Source: Planctomycetota bacterium
Lineage (GTDB): Bacteria; Planctomycetota; UBA1135; GCA-002686595
Reading direction: 5' to 3'
DNA length: 55,164 nt
NCBI GenBank assembly: GCA_047639615.1
Contig: JBLIOL010000001.1
Span: 1 to 55,164, forward strand
Part shown: positions 1-7,902 of the stretch, in pieces
How the letters are laid out: each line of letters starts with the position of its first letter
Position numbering within the stretch: position 1 is the first letter of the stretch
Program-made: the position numbers and the translations under genes
The notes under the pieces: model-generated
Database searches by the model: none
The model's input: the letters and a program-made list of their open reading frames with translations, nothing else
Told to the model about the DNA's origin: nothing

Positions 1-993
1 ATCTACGACTCCAGCATGGGCCTGCCGAGCAACCCCGCGGCGTGGTCAGAGCAAAACCTCTCCGTGGCGCGCGGCCAAATGGGTGCAGCCACAGCTGGAG
101 ATCATGCAGTCTTCGCAGGTGGATTCACCGGCACCGCAGCTAGCGACGCGGTCGACATCTACGATGACGTCAGCGGAACATGGCTCGTCGGTCCCCCCCT
201 CGCGCAACCCCGCGTGGTCCATAGCGGTGGCGTTGGGGTGGGCTCCAAAGCCTACTTCGCCGGCGGATTCGTGGGCCAGAACGTCGCCTCTGACATGATC
301 GAAATCTACGACGCTCAGACTGGAGTCTGGTCTATGGAGACGCTATCGACTCCGCGCGCGTTGATGGGCGTAGCGGCAGTCGGCAATACGGTCCTGTTCG
401 CCGGAGGCACTTCGTCGATTGGTCCCCACGCTACCGTCGATGTGTTCAACCACGGAACCCAGACATGGGGTCCCACCCAACTCCTCTCGGAGGGACGCTT
501 CGCCATGGGAGCTACCGGCCTCGGAGGCAAGGCCCTCTTCGCTGGTGGCGCGACCGACGGCGGGCCAAGCACGCTCGTCGACATCTACGAGCCCGTCGGC
601 GTGAACTTCTGCACGCCGATTGCAAACTCCACAGGCCTCGCCTCCGCCATCACGGTCTCAGGTAGCGACAGCGTGCAAACGAACAACCTCGTCCTCAGCG
701 CCAACTCCTTACCCGCCGGTCAATTCGGTCTCTTCTACCACGGCGACGCTCAAGCCCAGGTTCCTCTAGGCAATGGCATCCGATGCGTGGGCGGCTCCGT
801 CATCCGCATCCTTCCGCCGGCCCAAGCGGACGCAAGCGGGAACCTCGTGGTGGCTCTGGACAACTCCACCGCCGGCGGCCAAGGCATCACCATGGGAGTG
901 ACGCGCCACTTCCAGGCCTGGTACCGAGACCCCGCCGGCGGACCCGCTGGCTTCAACTTCTCGGATGGGATCTCGGTCACCTTCACCCAGTGA
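1..993 (+). CDS. Kelch-repeat protein, 5'-partial (continues upstream of window), ending in the shared FQAWYRD C-terminal module
   Basis: Frame is open from nt 1 (IYDSS precedes the ATG at 16) and aligns with the middle of the paralog at 1497..2981. Repeated 'FAGG..G....VDIYD....W' Kelch-like units. C-terminal 'CTPIANSTG...FQAWYRDP..GFNFSDGISVTF'. Confidence 0.85.
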   Translation: MYDSSMGLPSNPAAWSEQNLSVARGQMGAATAGDHAVFAGGFTGTAASDAVDIYDDVSGTWLVGPPLAQPRVVHSGGVGVGSKAYFAGGFVGQNVASDMIEIYDAQTGVWSMETLSTPRALMGVAAVGNTVLFAGGTSSIGPHATVDVFNHGTQTWGPTQLLSEGRFAMGATGLGGKALFAGGATDGGPSTLVDIYEPVGVNFCTPIANSTGLASAITVSGSDSVQTNNLVLSANSLPAGQFGLFYHGDAQAQVPLGNGIRCVGGSVIRILPPAQADASGNLVVALDNSTAGGQGITMGVTRHFQAWYRDPAGGPAGFNFSDGISVTFTQ

Positions 994-1045
994 TTTAGTT
1001 CCCTCAGCCGTCGCACCGACTACTGGCCGCGTCTGAAACACAAGC

Positions 1046-1090
1046 AACGCCTCGCTGTCCAAGATGGATAGCGAGGCGTTGATTCTTGTA
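1046..1090 (+). terminator. Hairpin downstream of the first Kelch gene (candidate intrinsic terminator)
   Basis: Perfect 11-bp inverted repeat AACGCCTCGCT / AGCGAGGCGTT (1046-1056 / 1070-1080) with a 13-nt loop, followed by the T-containing GATTCTTGT. The U-tract is weak. Confidence 0.45.
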
Positions 1091-1473
1091 CGGGTGCTCT
1101 CAGGAACTAGACCCTAGGCAGGCATGTCGCACTGACTGCAATAGAGACCTTTGGAGCCCGAGCAATCAGCGCAGATGGCGAACCACCTCGGCCATTTAGG
1201 TCTCTGCCTCGTACTGAGCTACGACGTGCGCTGGGCAGCGAACTGAGGAGTGTCCGCGTAGACTAGGCTCAACGATCCTATTGAGGCTGCCGCATCTCCT
1301 GCCAACCGCACCACCAGTGCGCTCGTAACTGTCCGGGGGAGCCATCAAAGGACAAATCGTCACTGATTCGGAAAGTAGTCAGATTCCCTTGCTGGCTTTG
1401 GCCACCCGATTGGAAATTGAGTATTAGCCGCCCGCAAGACAGCACCAGAGCCGGCCCGCGCCCAGTTCGCACG

Positions 1474-1485
1474 CCCCCCCCCCCC
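1474..1485 (+). repeat. Homopolymeric poly-C tract (12 C) 11 nt upstream of the ATG at 1497
   Basis: Read directly, ...gcacg CCCCCCCCCCCC aaggcaacccc ATG. Confirmed by the GGGG runs in two antisense ORF translations covering the tract. Confidence 0.95.
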
Positions 1486-1496
1486 AAGGCAACCCC

Positions 1497-2981
1497 ATGC
1501 TTCGCATTCACTCGCTCCTCTCCAGCCTGGCACTCCTAGCGCTCGCCCAGAGTCCCGCCCAGGCGCAGTGGACCCAGAGCTTCCTCTCAACCGCCCGGCG
1601 AGACATAGCCTCCGTGCAAGTCAACGGCCTGGCGCTCTTTGCAGGCGGTAGAAACGGAACCGGCCTCTATGCAACGGTCGACGCCTACCACAACGCCTCC
1701 AGCGCCTGGGTCTCCATCGGGAACCTCAGCGTTGCCAGAACCGAGCTCGCTAGCACTGCCCTGGGCAACCTAGCCTTCTTCGCCGGCGGAGCCACCAGCA
1801 CGACGACATCCACGGATGTCATCGACATCTACGATGCCTTCACGAATACATGGGCCACCTACAATCTATCCCAGGCGAGATTCGCCCTCTCCGCGATCAC
1901 CGTCGGTAACAAGGTAATCTTCGCGGGCGGCGCCACGGGTGGCCCAATGACGGCAGTGAGCAGCGACAGGGTGGACATCTACGACTCCACCGTTGGCCCG
2001 CCCAACGATCCCCTCGCGTGGTCGCAGAAAACCCTCAGCCAAGCGCGCGGCAACATCGGCGCAGCTACCGCGGGTAGCCAAGGAGTATTCGCTGGTGGCT
2101 TCACCGGCACCACCGCCACCGCCACGGTCGACATCTACGATGACATCAGCGGAACATGGTTTCTCGGACCCTCCCTCTCAACACCGCGCGAAAACTATGG
2201 CAGTACTATTGGGGTGGGCTCCAAGGCCTACATCGCTGGCGGAAGAGTCAACCCTGGTGTGGTCACTGACATCCTTGAGATCTACGACGCCGATACAGGA
2301 GCCTGGACATTGGAGTCGCTGTCGATCGCGCGTTACAGGATGGGCGTAGTCGCGATCAGCAACACGATCCTCTTCGCCGGAGGCGCCGAAACCTCGGTCT
2401 CCGGGCCCCTGACCTTTAATGTCGTCGACGTATTCAACCACGGCACCCAGACCTGGCAGCCCCAGCAGAACCTCTCGCAAGCGCGCTACGCACTTGGTGC
2501 CTCCGGCTTTGGTGACAAGCTCCTCTTCGCGGGTGGCGAAACCGGCTCAGGCAAGACCATCGTCGTCGACATCTACGAGCCCGTCGGCGTGAACTACTGC
2601 ACGCCGACCGCGAACTCCACCGGCAACGCCTCCGCGATGCTCGCCTCAGGGAGCAACAGCCTGCAGGCGAACAATCTCGTCCTCAGCGCCGATTCCCTAC
2701 CCGTCGGTCAATTCGGCATCTTCTACCACGGCGACGCCCAAGCCCAGCTCCCCCTGGGCGATGGCATTCGATGCGTTGGCGGTTCCATCATCCGCATCCT
2801 GCCGCCGGCCCTAGTGGGCCCGAACGGGAACCTAGTGGTGGCTCTCGACTACGCGACCGCAGGCGGCCAAGGCATCGCCTCCGGAGTCACCCGCCACTTC
2901 CAAGCCTGGTACCGGGACCCGACCGGTGGATCTGCCGGCTTCAACTTCTCGGACGGCATCAGCATCACCTTCACTCCATGA
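1497..2981 (+). CDS. Secreted Kelch-repeat protein with shared FQAWYRD C-terminal module (full-length paralog of 1..993)
   Basis: N-terminal signal peptide (LLSSLALLALAQSPAQAQ). Multiple 'FAGG...VDIYD..T..W' repeats. C-terminal 'CTPTANSTG...FQAWYRDP..GFNFSDGISITF'. Confidence 0.9.
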   Translation: MLRIHSLLSSLALLALAQSPAQAQWTQSFLSTARRDIASVQVNGLALFAGGRNGTGLYATVDAYHNASSAWVSIGNLSVARTELASTALGNLAFFAGGATSTTTSTDVIDIYDAFTNTWATYNLSQARFALSAITVGNKVIFAGGATGGPMTAVSSDRVDIYDSTVGPPNDPLAWSQKTLSQARGNIGAATAGSQGVFAGGFTGTTATATVDIYDDISGTWFLGPSLSTPRENYGSTIGVGSKAYIAGGRVNPGVVTDILEIYDADTGAWTLESLSIARYRMGVVAISNTILFAGGAETSVSGPLTFNVVDVFNHGTQTWQPQQNLSQARYALGASGFGDKLLFAGGETGSGKTIVVDIYEPVGVNYCTPTANSTGNASAMLASGSNSLQANNLVLSADSLPVGQFGIFYHGDAQAQLPLGDGIRCVGGSIIRILPPALVGPNGNLVVALDYATAGGQGIASGVTRHFQAWYRDPTGGSAGFNFSDGISITFTP

Positions 2982-3100
2982 GCTGATCAGCACTGAGGCC
3001 GAAGCCATCGTCCCACTGATCGATTGGCTAAGTTGAAGTGCTCGAAGCCTCGATGCTAGGCGATGTAATCTGGCGTGCTCGTTCACCCGACCACGACCAC

Positions 3101-3943
3101 ATGCACCGCCTAGCTCCGCTCGTCCTCTGCTGCTTCCTGTTTGCTTGCTCCACGCAGAAGGGCTCTAGCTTTCACTTTGATGGAGTCTGGAGCCTACGGG
3201 CAGGCGTCTCGAGCCAGGCTCAAGCGACAGCCGCCCTCGGCCGCGATCCCGATCTCAGCGTCACGGGCGACGGTCGCCAGCTGCTCGAGTGGGAACGCTC
3301 AGGGCGCGGCTTCATGGCGGGCATGGCCTTCGACATGCGTAAGGTGGTCCTTGAGTTCGACGAACAAGGAAGCTTGCTGCGGCCCGTGACCATTCTCGGC
3401 TGGGATCGCAAGTCCCCGGGCTTGCACTTCGGATTGGAGCAAGCCCTGCGCCTGGACCGTGAATTCGAGAGTCTGCGAGTGTCCATCCCCCACCTGGCCG
3501 ATGGTTGGGGCTGGTTTGGATTGCCCGTACTCATGCTGAGCGAAACCGCTGACGGCGGTACCTGGCTGCGCTGGGGCAATCTCCGCAACAGCACCGAGGG
3601 CACAGCCGAGGTCTACCTGACCTTCGCTGCCGATGGACTGCCGCTCACCTACCGCATCGTCTTCGGTGGAGGCGTGCTCTTTGGCTCCGCGCCGAGTTCG
3701 GCTGAGCTGCAGCGTCTCGCGCAAGAACATGCCCCTCTCCAACAGGTGCTTGAGGCGACCCAAGCACTACCGCGTTGGATCCAACGCAACGCGGATGGGA
3801 GCCTCCTGGTCAGTTGGAGCAACGGGTACCTAGGCGGATTCACGCAACGGCGACTGGCCTTCGACTCCCAAGGCCTGAGCGTGGATTCCAGTAGCGATCG
3901 CCCTCTCGATCGCTGGCCAACCCCGGTCCCCGGACAGCTCTAG
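3101..3943 (+). CDS. Hypothetical lipoprotein
   Basis: Internal ATG at 3101 gives MHRLAPLVLCCFLFAC-S with a lipobox-like LFAC. No recognisable domain. The ORF-track start at 3038 is probably too far upstream. Confidence 0.55.
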   Translation: MHRLAPLVLCCFLFACSTQKGSSFHFDGVWSLRAGVSSQAQATAALGRDPDLSVTGDGRQLLEWERSGRGFMAGMAFDMRKVVLEFDEQGSLLRPVTILGWDRKSPGLHFGLEQALRLDREFESLRVSIPHLADGWGWFGLPVLMLSETADGGTWLRWGNLRNSTEGTAEVYLTFAADGLPLTYRIVFGGGVLFGSAPSSAELQRLAQEHAPLQQVLEATQALPRWIQRNADGSLLVSWSNGYLGGFTQRRLAFDSQGLSVDSSSDRPLDRWPTPVPGQL

Positions 3944-3989
3944 ACGAGTCCGCCCTGCGTGACCGCGTTATCCGCACCCTCGGCTTGCA

Positions 3990-5171
3990 TCACTTAGGGC
4001 GTGTTTCCCTGAGGATCGCCTGCTCGAGCTCATCCGGATCCAGGCCCCAGGGTCCGGGCAAGCCCTGGTACGCCACGCGGCCATCCCGGCCTACTAGCAC
4101 CAGCCGATCAGGCCAAGCCTGGTAGGCGCGGCTCACGGCGTCGTCCACGTCATCCACTAGGTTGGGCAAGTCCACCATGTCGATCGCTCGCATGCAAACC
4201 TCGGCCACAGCGCGGCGCTCGCCCAAGTGCATGGGGTCTTCGACTTTAGGTGCGGACTCGCCGGTGAGCGGCACGGGTGAATCGATGGCGTGCGCCTCGC
4301 GGATGTAGACCACGAAGAACTGCACCTCGTCCCCATACTCAGCCCACAACTCACGCAGCCGACCGGCTGCCTTGCGAAAGGGAGGTCAGGTGTAGCTACC
4401 AAAAATCAGCGCCACCGGCTGATCACCCACGAATGACGACAGAGTCACAGGCGCGCCACCCCCGAGACTCTGCAGGGTGAAGTCGGGCGCCACGCGGCCC
4501 TCGAGCGGACGCTGAGCGACCTCGAGCTCCAACACCTCATCCCCTTGGGCAATCCTCCAGGGCTTGCCATCGGACCGGCTCCTGAAGAAGTCCAGGAGTT
4601 CCGAGCGCGCGATCCAACCATCCAAGTCGGAGTCGATGCCACCCAAGAGCCCTAACCAGGGATCGATACCTCTTAGCAGAGCCAGAGCCTGGCGGGATTG
4701 GGGTCCGGTCTCGGCCGGGGCCAATTGCCCCATGCCACAGCGGAACTCGCCCTCCCCAATGCGGTCGTCGCCATCGGTGTCATAGGCAGCGAAAGCACTG
4801 CGCAGCTCATCCGCTTCGATACGACCTCGATCGCCATCGGTCTGAAGGAACTGAGCCACCAACAGCGCTGCCCGTTCCGCTCGTTTCCGACTCCCGCCCC
4901 GAGGGGTGGCCAAGAAATCGCCAGCGCTGACAACGCCGTCCCGGTTGCGATCAAGCCGTGCGAAGGCTCTCGGAGTGCGGTCGTATTCCTGCGCTGAAAT
5001 CTCGCCATCAGAATCCACGTCATGGCGCTCGAGCAGATACTCCAAAGCGCTAGCGTGAACGCCCGCCTCCGAAGCCGGTACTGAGCTAGGGCCTGTAGGC
5101 AGTGACGAGGCGCCGCCGCAGGCAAGCAGGGAATAGCCTACGCAGGGGACTAAAAAGCGAAGCGGGATCAT
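3990..5171 (-). CDS. EF-hand / iodothyronine-deiodinase-like (thioredoxin-fold) lipoprotein with in-frame TGA (probable selenocysteine) at 4386..4388
   Basis: ORF 4386..5204 ends ...VALIFGSYT-TGA. The same frame continues PPFRKAAGRLRELWAEYGDEVQFFVVYIREAHA..., which is ORF 3990..4349. The join recreates the deiodinase motif FGSxT-U/C-PPF and the downstream VYIxEAH motif. Four EF-hand loops (DVDSDGEISAQE, DRNRDGVVSAGD, DTDGDDRIGEGE, DSDLDGWIARSE). Lipobox LLAC after the ATG at 5171. Confidence 0.7.
4355..4370 (-). promoter_or_regulatory. SECIS-like stem-loop downstream of the in-frame TGA
   Basis: mRNA reads UGA-CCUCCCUUUCGCAAG-GCAGCC-GGUC-GGCUGC. This is a perfect 6-bp stem with a GGUC tetraloop starting 15 nt after the UGA. 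The loop G/U lie about 21-23 nt from the UGA. Confidence 0.6.
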
Positions 5172-5407
5172 ATTGAAGGGAGGGTGACCCGAGTCGCAAC
5201 TCACTCGCGAGAACTACTCCGCCAGACGTCGACACGTGACGCATAGAAGTAGCTCGGACCGCGCGAGAGTTCGGGTCGTGCGCTTTGTATCCAAGCATCG
5301 GACGGAAGGTGACCGAATCCGAGCAGAAGGATTCCCTTCTGACTAAATACCTAAGCGTGGAACATGCACCTGCCCCGATGCGAGGCAGTTTGCGTACGCG
5401 TGCGCGC

Positions 5408-5992
5408 TTAACTCGCGTCGACAGCCAAGTCGCGCGTCTCACCCACTTCAAGGGATTCAAGCAGAAGCTCACCCGCGACCTCATCCAACCGAGCACCACC
5501 TCTGCGCACTTCGATCCTGTGCTCCACCTGAAACATCCGGCGGCTCACGTGCAGGATGATCTTCAAGTCGATTACTCGCACACCGGGCAGAGCTTTCTCA
5601 AGCGCAGGCAATGGTTGCTCTACCGTATCTTCGAGAAAGTCGGCCACGCAGGCGTACTCGACCCAAGTATCCCCTTCGCCGACCTTCTCGAACATCGAAC
5701 CGAGATGCGAATATCCCAATCGCCCGAGCAGGTCTACGTCGGCGTCCAACTGCTCGCGCCAAGGCGACCCGATTCGCAAGCGCCGCGAGAAATCCGTCAG
5801 CACCAAGTTCGCCATTCGAGACTCCAACTCCGGGCGCATCTGCTCGAGCTCGTTTGCCATCACGACGAGTTGCTCCTCCATCTCCCCCCTGCAGGTGCGG
5901 TCAGCAAGGAACAACGCGAGGGCCAGCAGCATGGCCGCACTCCCCGCTACAACGAGGAGCCGAGCCGTTCCGACTGAACGTTCGTGATACAC
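5408..5992 (-). CDS. Hypothetical membrane-anchored protein
   Basis: N-terminal hydrophobic helix (LLVVAGSAAMLLALALFLA) followed by a charged helical region. Lower GC3 and more TTG codons than neighbours. Competes with an antisense ORF at 5285..5977. Confidence 0.45.
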   Translation of the reverse strand: MYHERSVGTARLLVVAGSAAMLLALALFLADRTCRGEMEEQLVVMANELEQMRPELESRMANLVLTDFSRRLRIGSPWREQLDADVDLLGRLGYSHLGSMFEKVGEGDTWVEYACVADFLEDTVEQPLPALEKALPGVRVIDLKIILHVSRRMFQVEHRIEVRRGGARLDEVAGELLLESLEVGETRDLAVDAS

Positions 5993-6115
5993 AACTGTCA
6001 GTATGGGCAGAATCCCAATTTCCGGGGCCTAGTTCCGCGCTCAGGGTGAAACCCCAACGGCCTGTAGCGCAGCGCGCCGCGCTTGCCCCTGTTCGAGACG
6101 GGCTCTACAACTGGA

Positions 6116-7072
6116 ATGGACTACCCTCTCAGCATGTCCAAGCACGCTGACCCGGTGACTCCCGAGCGCTTCTACCCCATCGGAACCCCAGGCCAAGCCT
6201 GGACCGACGCCGAGAAAGCTCAGTGGTACGAGAGCCGCTCCATCGAGCGCAGCTACCAAGAGGAAGTACTGAGCAAGCTGCAGAGCCTCGACGAGTCTCT
6301 TGAAGCCGTGCAATACGGCGCCCTAACCCTCAACCCCGAGCGCTATCCCCTGTTCGCAGTCAAGAGCGCCCGGCCCCTCCCCGATGCCCCCTGGGTCCTG
6401 ATCACCGGCGGTGTCCACGGCTACGAGACCAGCGGCGTGCAAGGCGCCCTGGCCTTCCTCGCCGAACAAGCACCCGCCTACACGAAGCAGCTCAATCTGC
6501 TGGTCGCGCCCTGCGTAAGCCCCTGGGGCTACGAGGTCATCAACCGCTGGAACCCCAGCGCCATCGACCCCAACCGCTCCTTCGTAGCGGACAGCCCCTG
6601 CGAAGAGTCCGCCGCCCTCACCAAGCTGGTCCAAGACCTGGGCGCGAACTTCCTAGTCCACGTAGACCTGCACGAAACCACCGACAGCGACGAGGACGAG
6701 TTCCGCCCGGCCAAGGCAGCCCGCGATGGCGAGCCGAACGAACCCGGCCTGATCCCCGACGGCTTCTACACCGTTGGAGACAGCGAGAACCCCCAGGCAG
6801 AATTCCAAGCCGCCATCGTCGCCGGCGTAGAGCAGGTCACTCACATCGCGCCCCCGGACGCCAACGGCGAGATCATCGGAGCCAAGATCACCCAACCCGG
6901 AGTGATCAACTACCCCTGCAAGGAGCTAGGCCTGTGCGCCGGCCTAACCGACGCAACCTACACGACCACCACCGAGGTCTACCCGGATAGCCCGAAGGTC
7001 ACAGACGAGCTCTGCAACAAGGCTCAACAGGCCGCGCTCCAAGCCGCTCTAACCCACGCCCTCAAGCAGTGA
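6116..7072 (+). CDS. M14-family zinc carboxypeptidase-like protein (AstE/AspA / DUF2817-like)
   Basis: Zinc-ligand motifs GGVHGYETSG (HxxE) and VDLHETT. Start is uncertain: TTG 6083, ATG 6116 or ATG 6134. Confidence 0.7.
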   Translation: MDYPLSMSKHADPVTPERFYPIGTPGQAWTDAEKAQWYESRSIERSYQEEVLSKLQSLDESLEAVQYGALTLNPERYPLFAVKSARPLPDAPWVLITGGVHGYETSGVQGALAFLAEQAPAYTKQLNLLVAPCVSPWGYEVINRWNPSAIDPNRSFVADSPCEESAALTKLVQDLGANFLVHVDLHETTDSDEDEFRPAKAARDGEPNEPGLIPDGFYTVGDSENPQAEFQAAIVAGVEQVTHIAPPDANGEIIGAKITQPGVINYPCKELGLCAGLTDATYTTTTEVYPDSPKVTDELCNKAQQAALQAALTHALKQ

Positions 7073-7107
7073 GTTAGACACGAGGCCCTCTGCGCGGCAT
7101 GCACGCC

Positions 7108-7851
7108 CTATTGGAACTGCAGCACGTTCGAGAGGTTCGAGGTGGAGCCGTCGCGATACCAGCACTGGAAGTAGAACGTGCTCCCGCCAATCGTCCCGCC
7201 AGGCGGTGAAGGCAGCGCATCGGTCACGTCGTAGCCCGAGCCCACGACCGACGTGCCTGAGAGGTTTTGAAAGACGCCCTGCCCGTCGAATTGACCCAGC
7301 GAGTTGAGCATCCCACCGGCGGTAGGCGAGTAGCGGCCGATGGGCGCTCCCAGGCACAAGTCGCCGTTGCCGACGGAGAGACCTGGGTCCATGACCGTTT
7401 GAGACACGAGGAAGTAGCCAAATTCCATGGGCGGTCCATCCGTGGCCTCCAAGTGCAAGATTCCCGGACCGCTTGAGGTCGACTGCACAAGCGTGACCCG
7501 CCCCCCGGCCGAGTTGATGTTCCCCGGGTCGCAGTGCAGCAGGAAGTGATCGGGCTCGTACTCGACAACGTACGTATCGGGCGACGTGGTCCAGTCGGGC
7601 AGGTCGACCCAAGGACCGCTGTTGAACATGGACGCCACGTTGGCCGAACCAAAATCGTTCGGCTGGTCAATAACCCAGTTGGTGAACCCAAGCGGCTCTT
7701 CCGTCAGCCAACGCCACCCGCCGCCCGGCTCCGAGTAGTCCGGTGCCGACATGTCCTGGTAGAGCCCGATCCAGGTCGAAACATCGAAGTCGATCGTGAG
7801 CAGAAAGTCGAGCTCCGCTTGATCGGTGATCGTCACCAAGTGCCCAGGCAT
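7108..7851 (-). CDS. C-type lectin domain fragment plus shared FQ.WYRD C-terminal module; apparently 5'-truncated, no signal peptide
   Basis: Starts inside a CTLD (GHLVTITDQAELDFL...WIGL...WRW....FTNW...QPND...W.D). The N-terminal third of the lectin fold and any signal peptide are missing. C-terminus 'HCDPGNINSAGG...YFQCWYRDGSTSNLSNVLQF'. The upstream frame runs straight into the tRNA-flank repeat. Confidence 0.55.
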   Translation of the reverse strand: MPGHLVTITDQAELDFLLTIDFDVSTWIGLYQDMSAPDYSEPGGGWRWLTEEPLGFTNWVIDQPNDFGSANVASMFNSGPWVDLPDWTTSPDTYVVEYEPDHFLLHCDPGNINSAGGRVTLVQSTSSGPGILHLEATDGPPMEFGYFLVSQTVMDPGLSVGNGDLCLGAPIGRYSPTAGGMLNSLGQFDGQGVFQNLSGTSVVGSGYDVTDALPSPPGGTIGGSTFYFQCWYRDGSTSNLSNVLQFQ

Positions 7852-7902
7852 ACCGTTGTAGCTATAGCTATCCGCTCCCCCCCGCTCTCTCTCCGCCCCC
7901 CG

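Noticed and set aside
2982-3000. GCTGATCAGC 10-nt palindrome just after the second Kelch gene stop
   Set aside because: It is too short, with no loop and no U-tract, to call as a terminator, and is likely coincidental.
5285-5977. 230-aa plus-strand ORF overlapping the minus-strand ORF 5408..5992
   Set aside because: Arg/Ser/His/Gln-rich composition with no recognisable features, while the opposite strand gives a TM helix and a sensible charged domain. It is treated as the antisense shadow, though confidence in either strand is only moderate.
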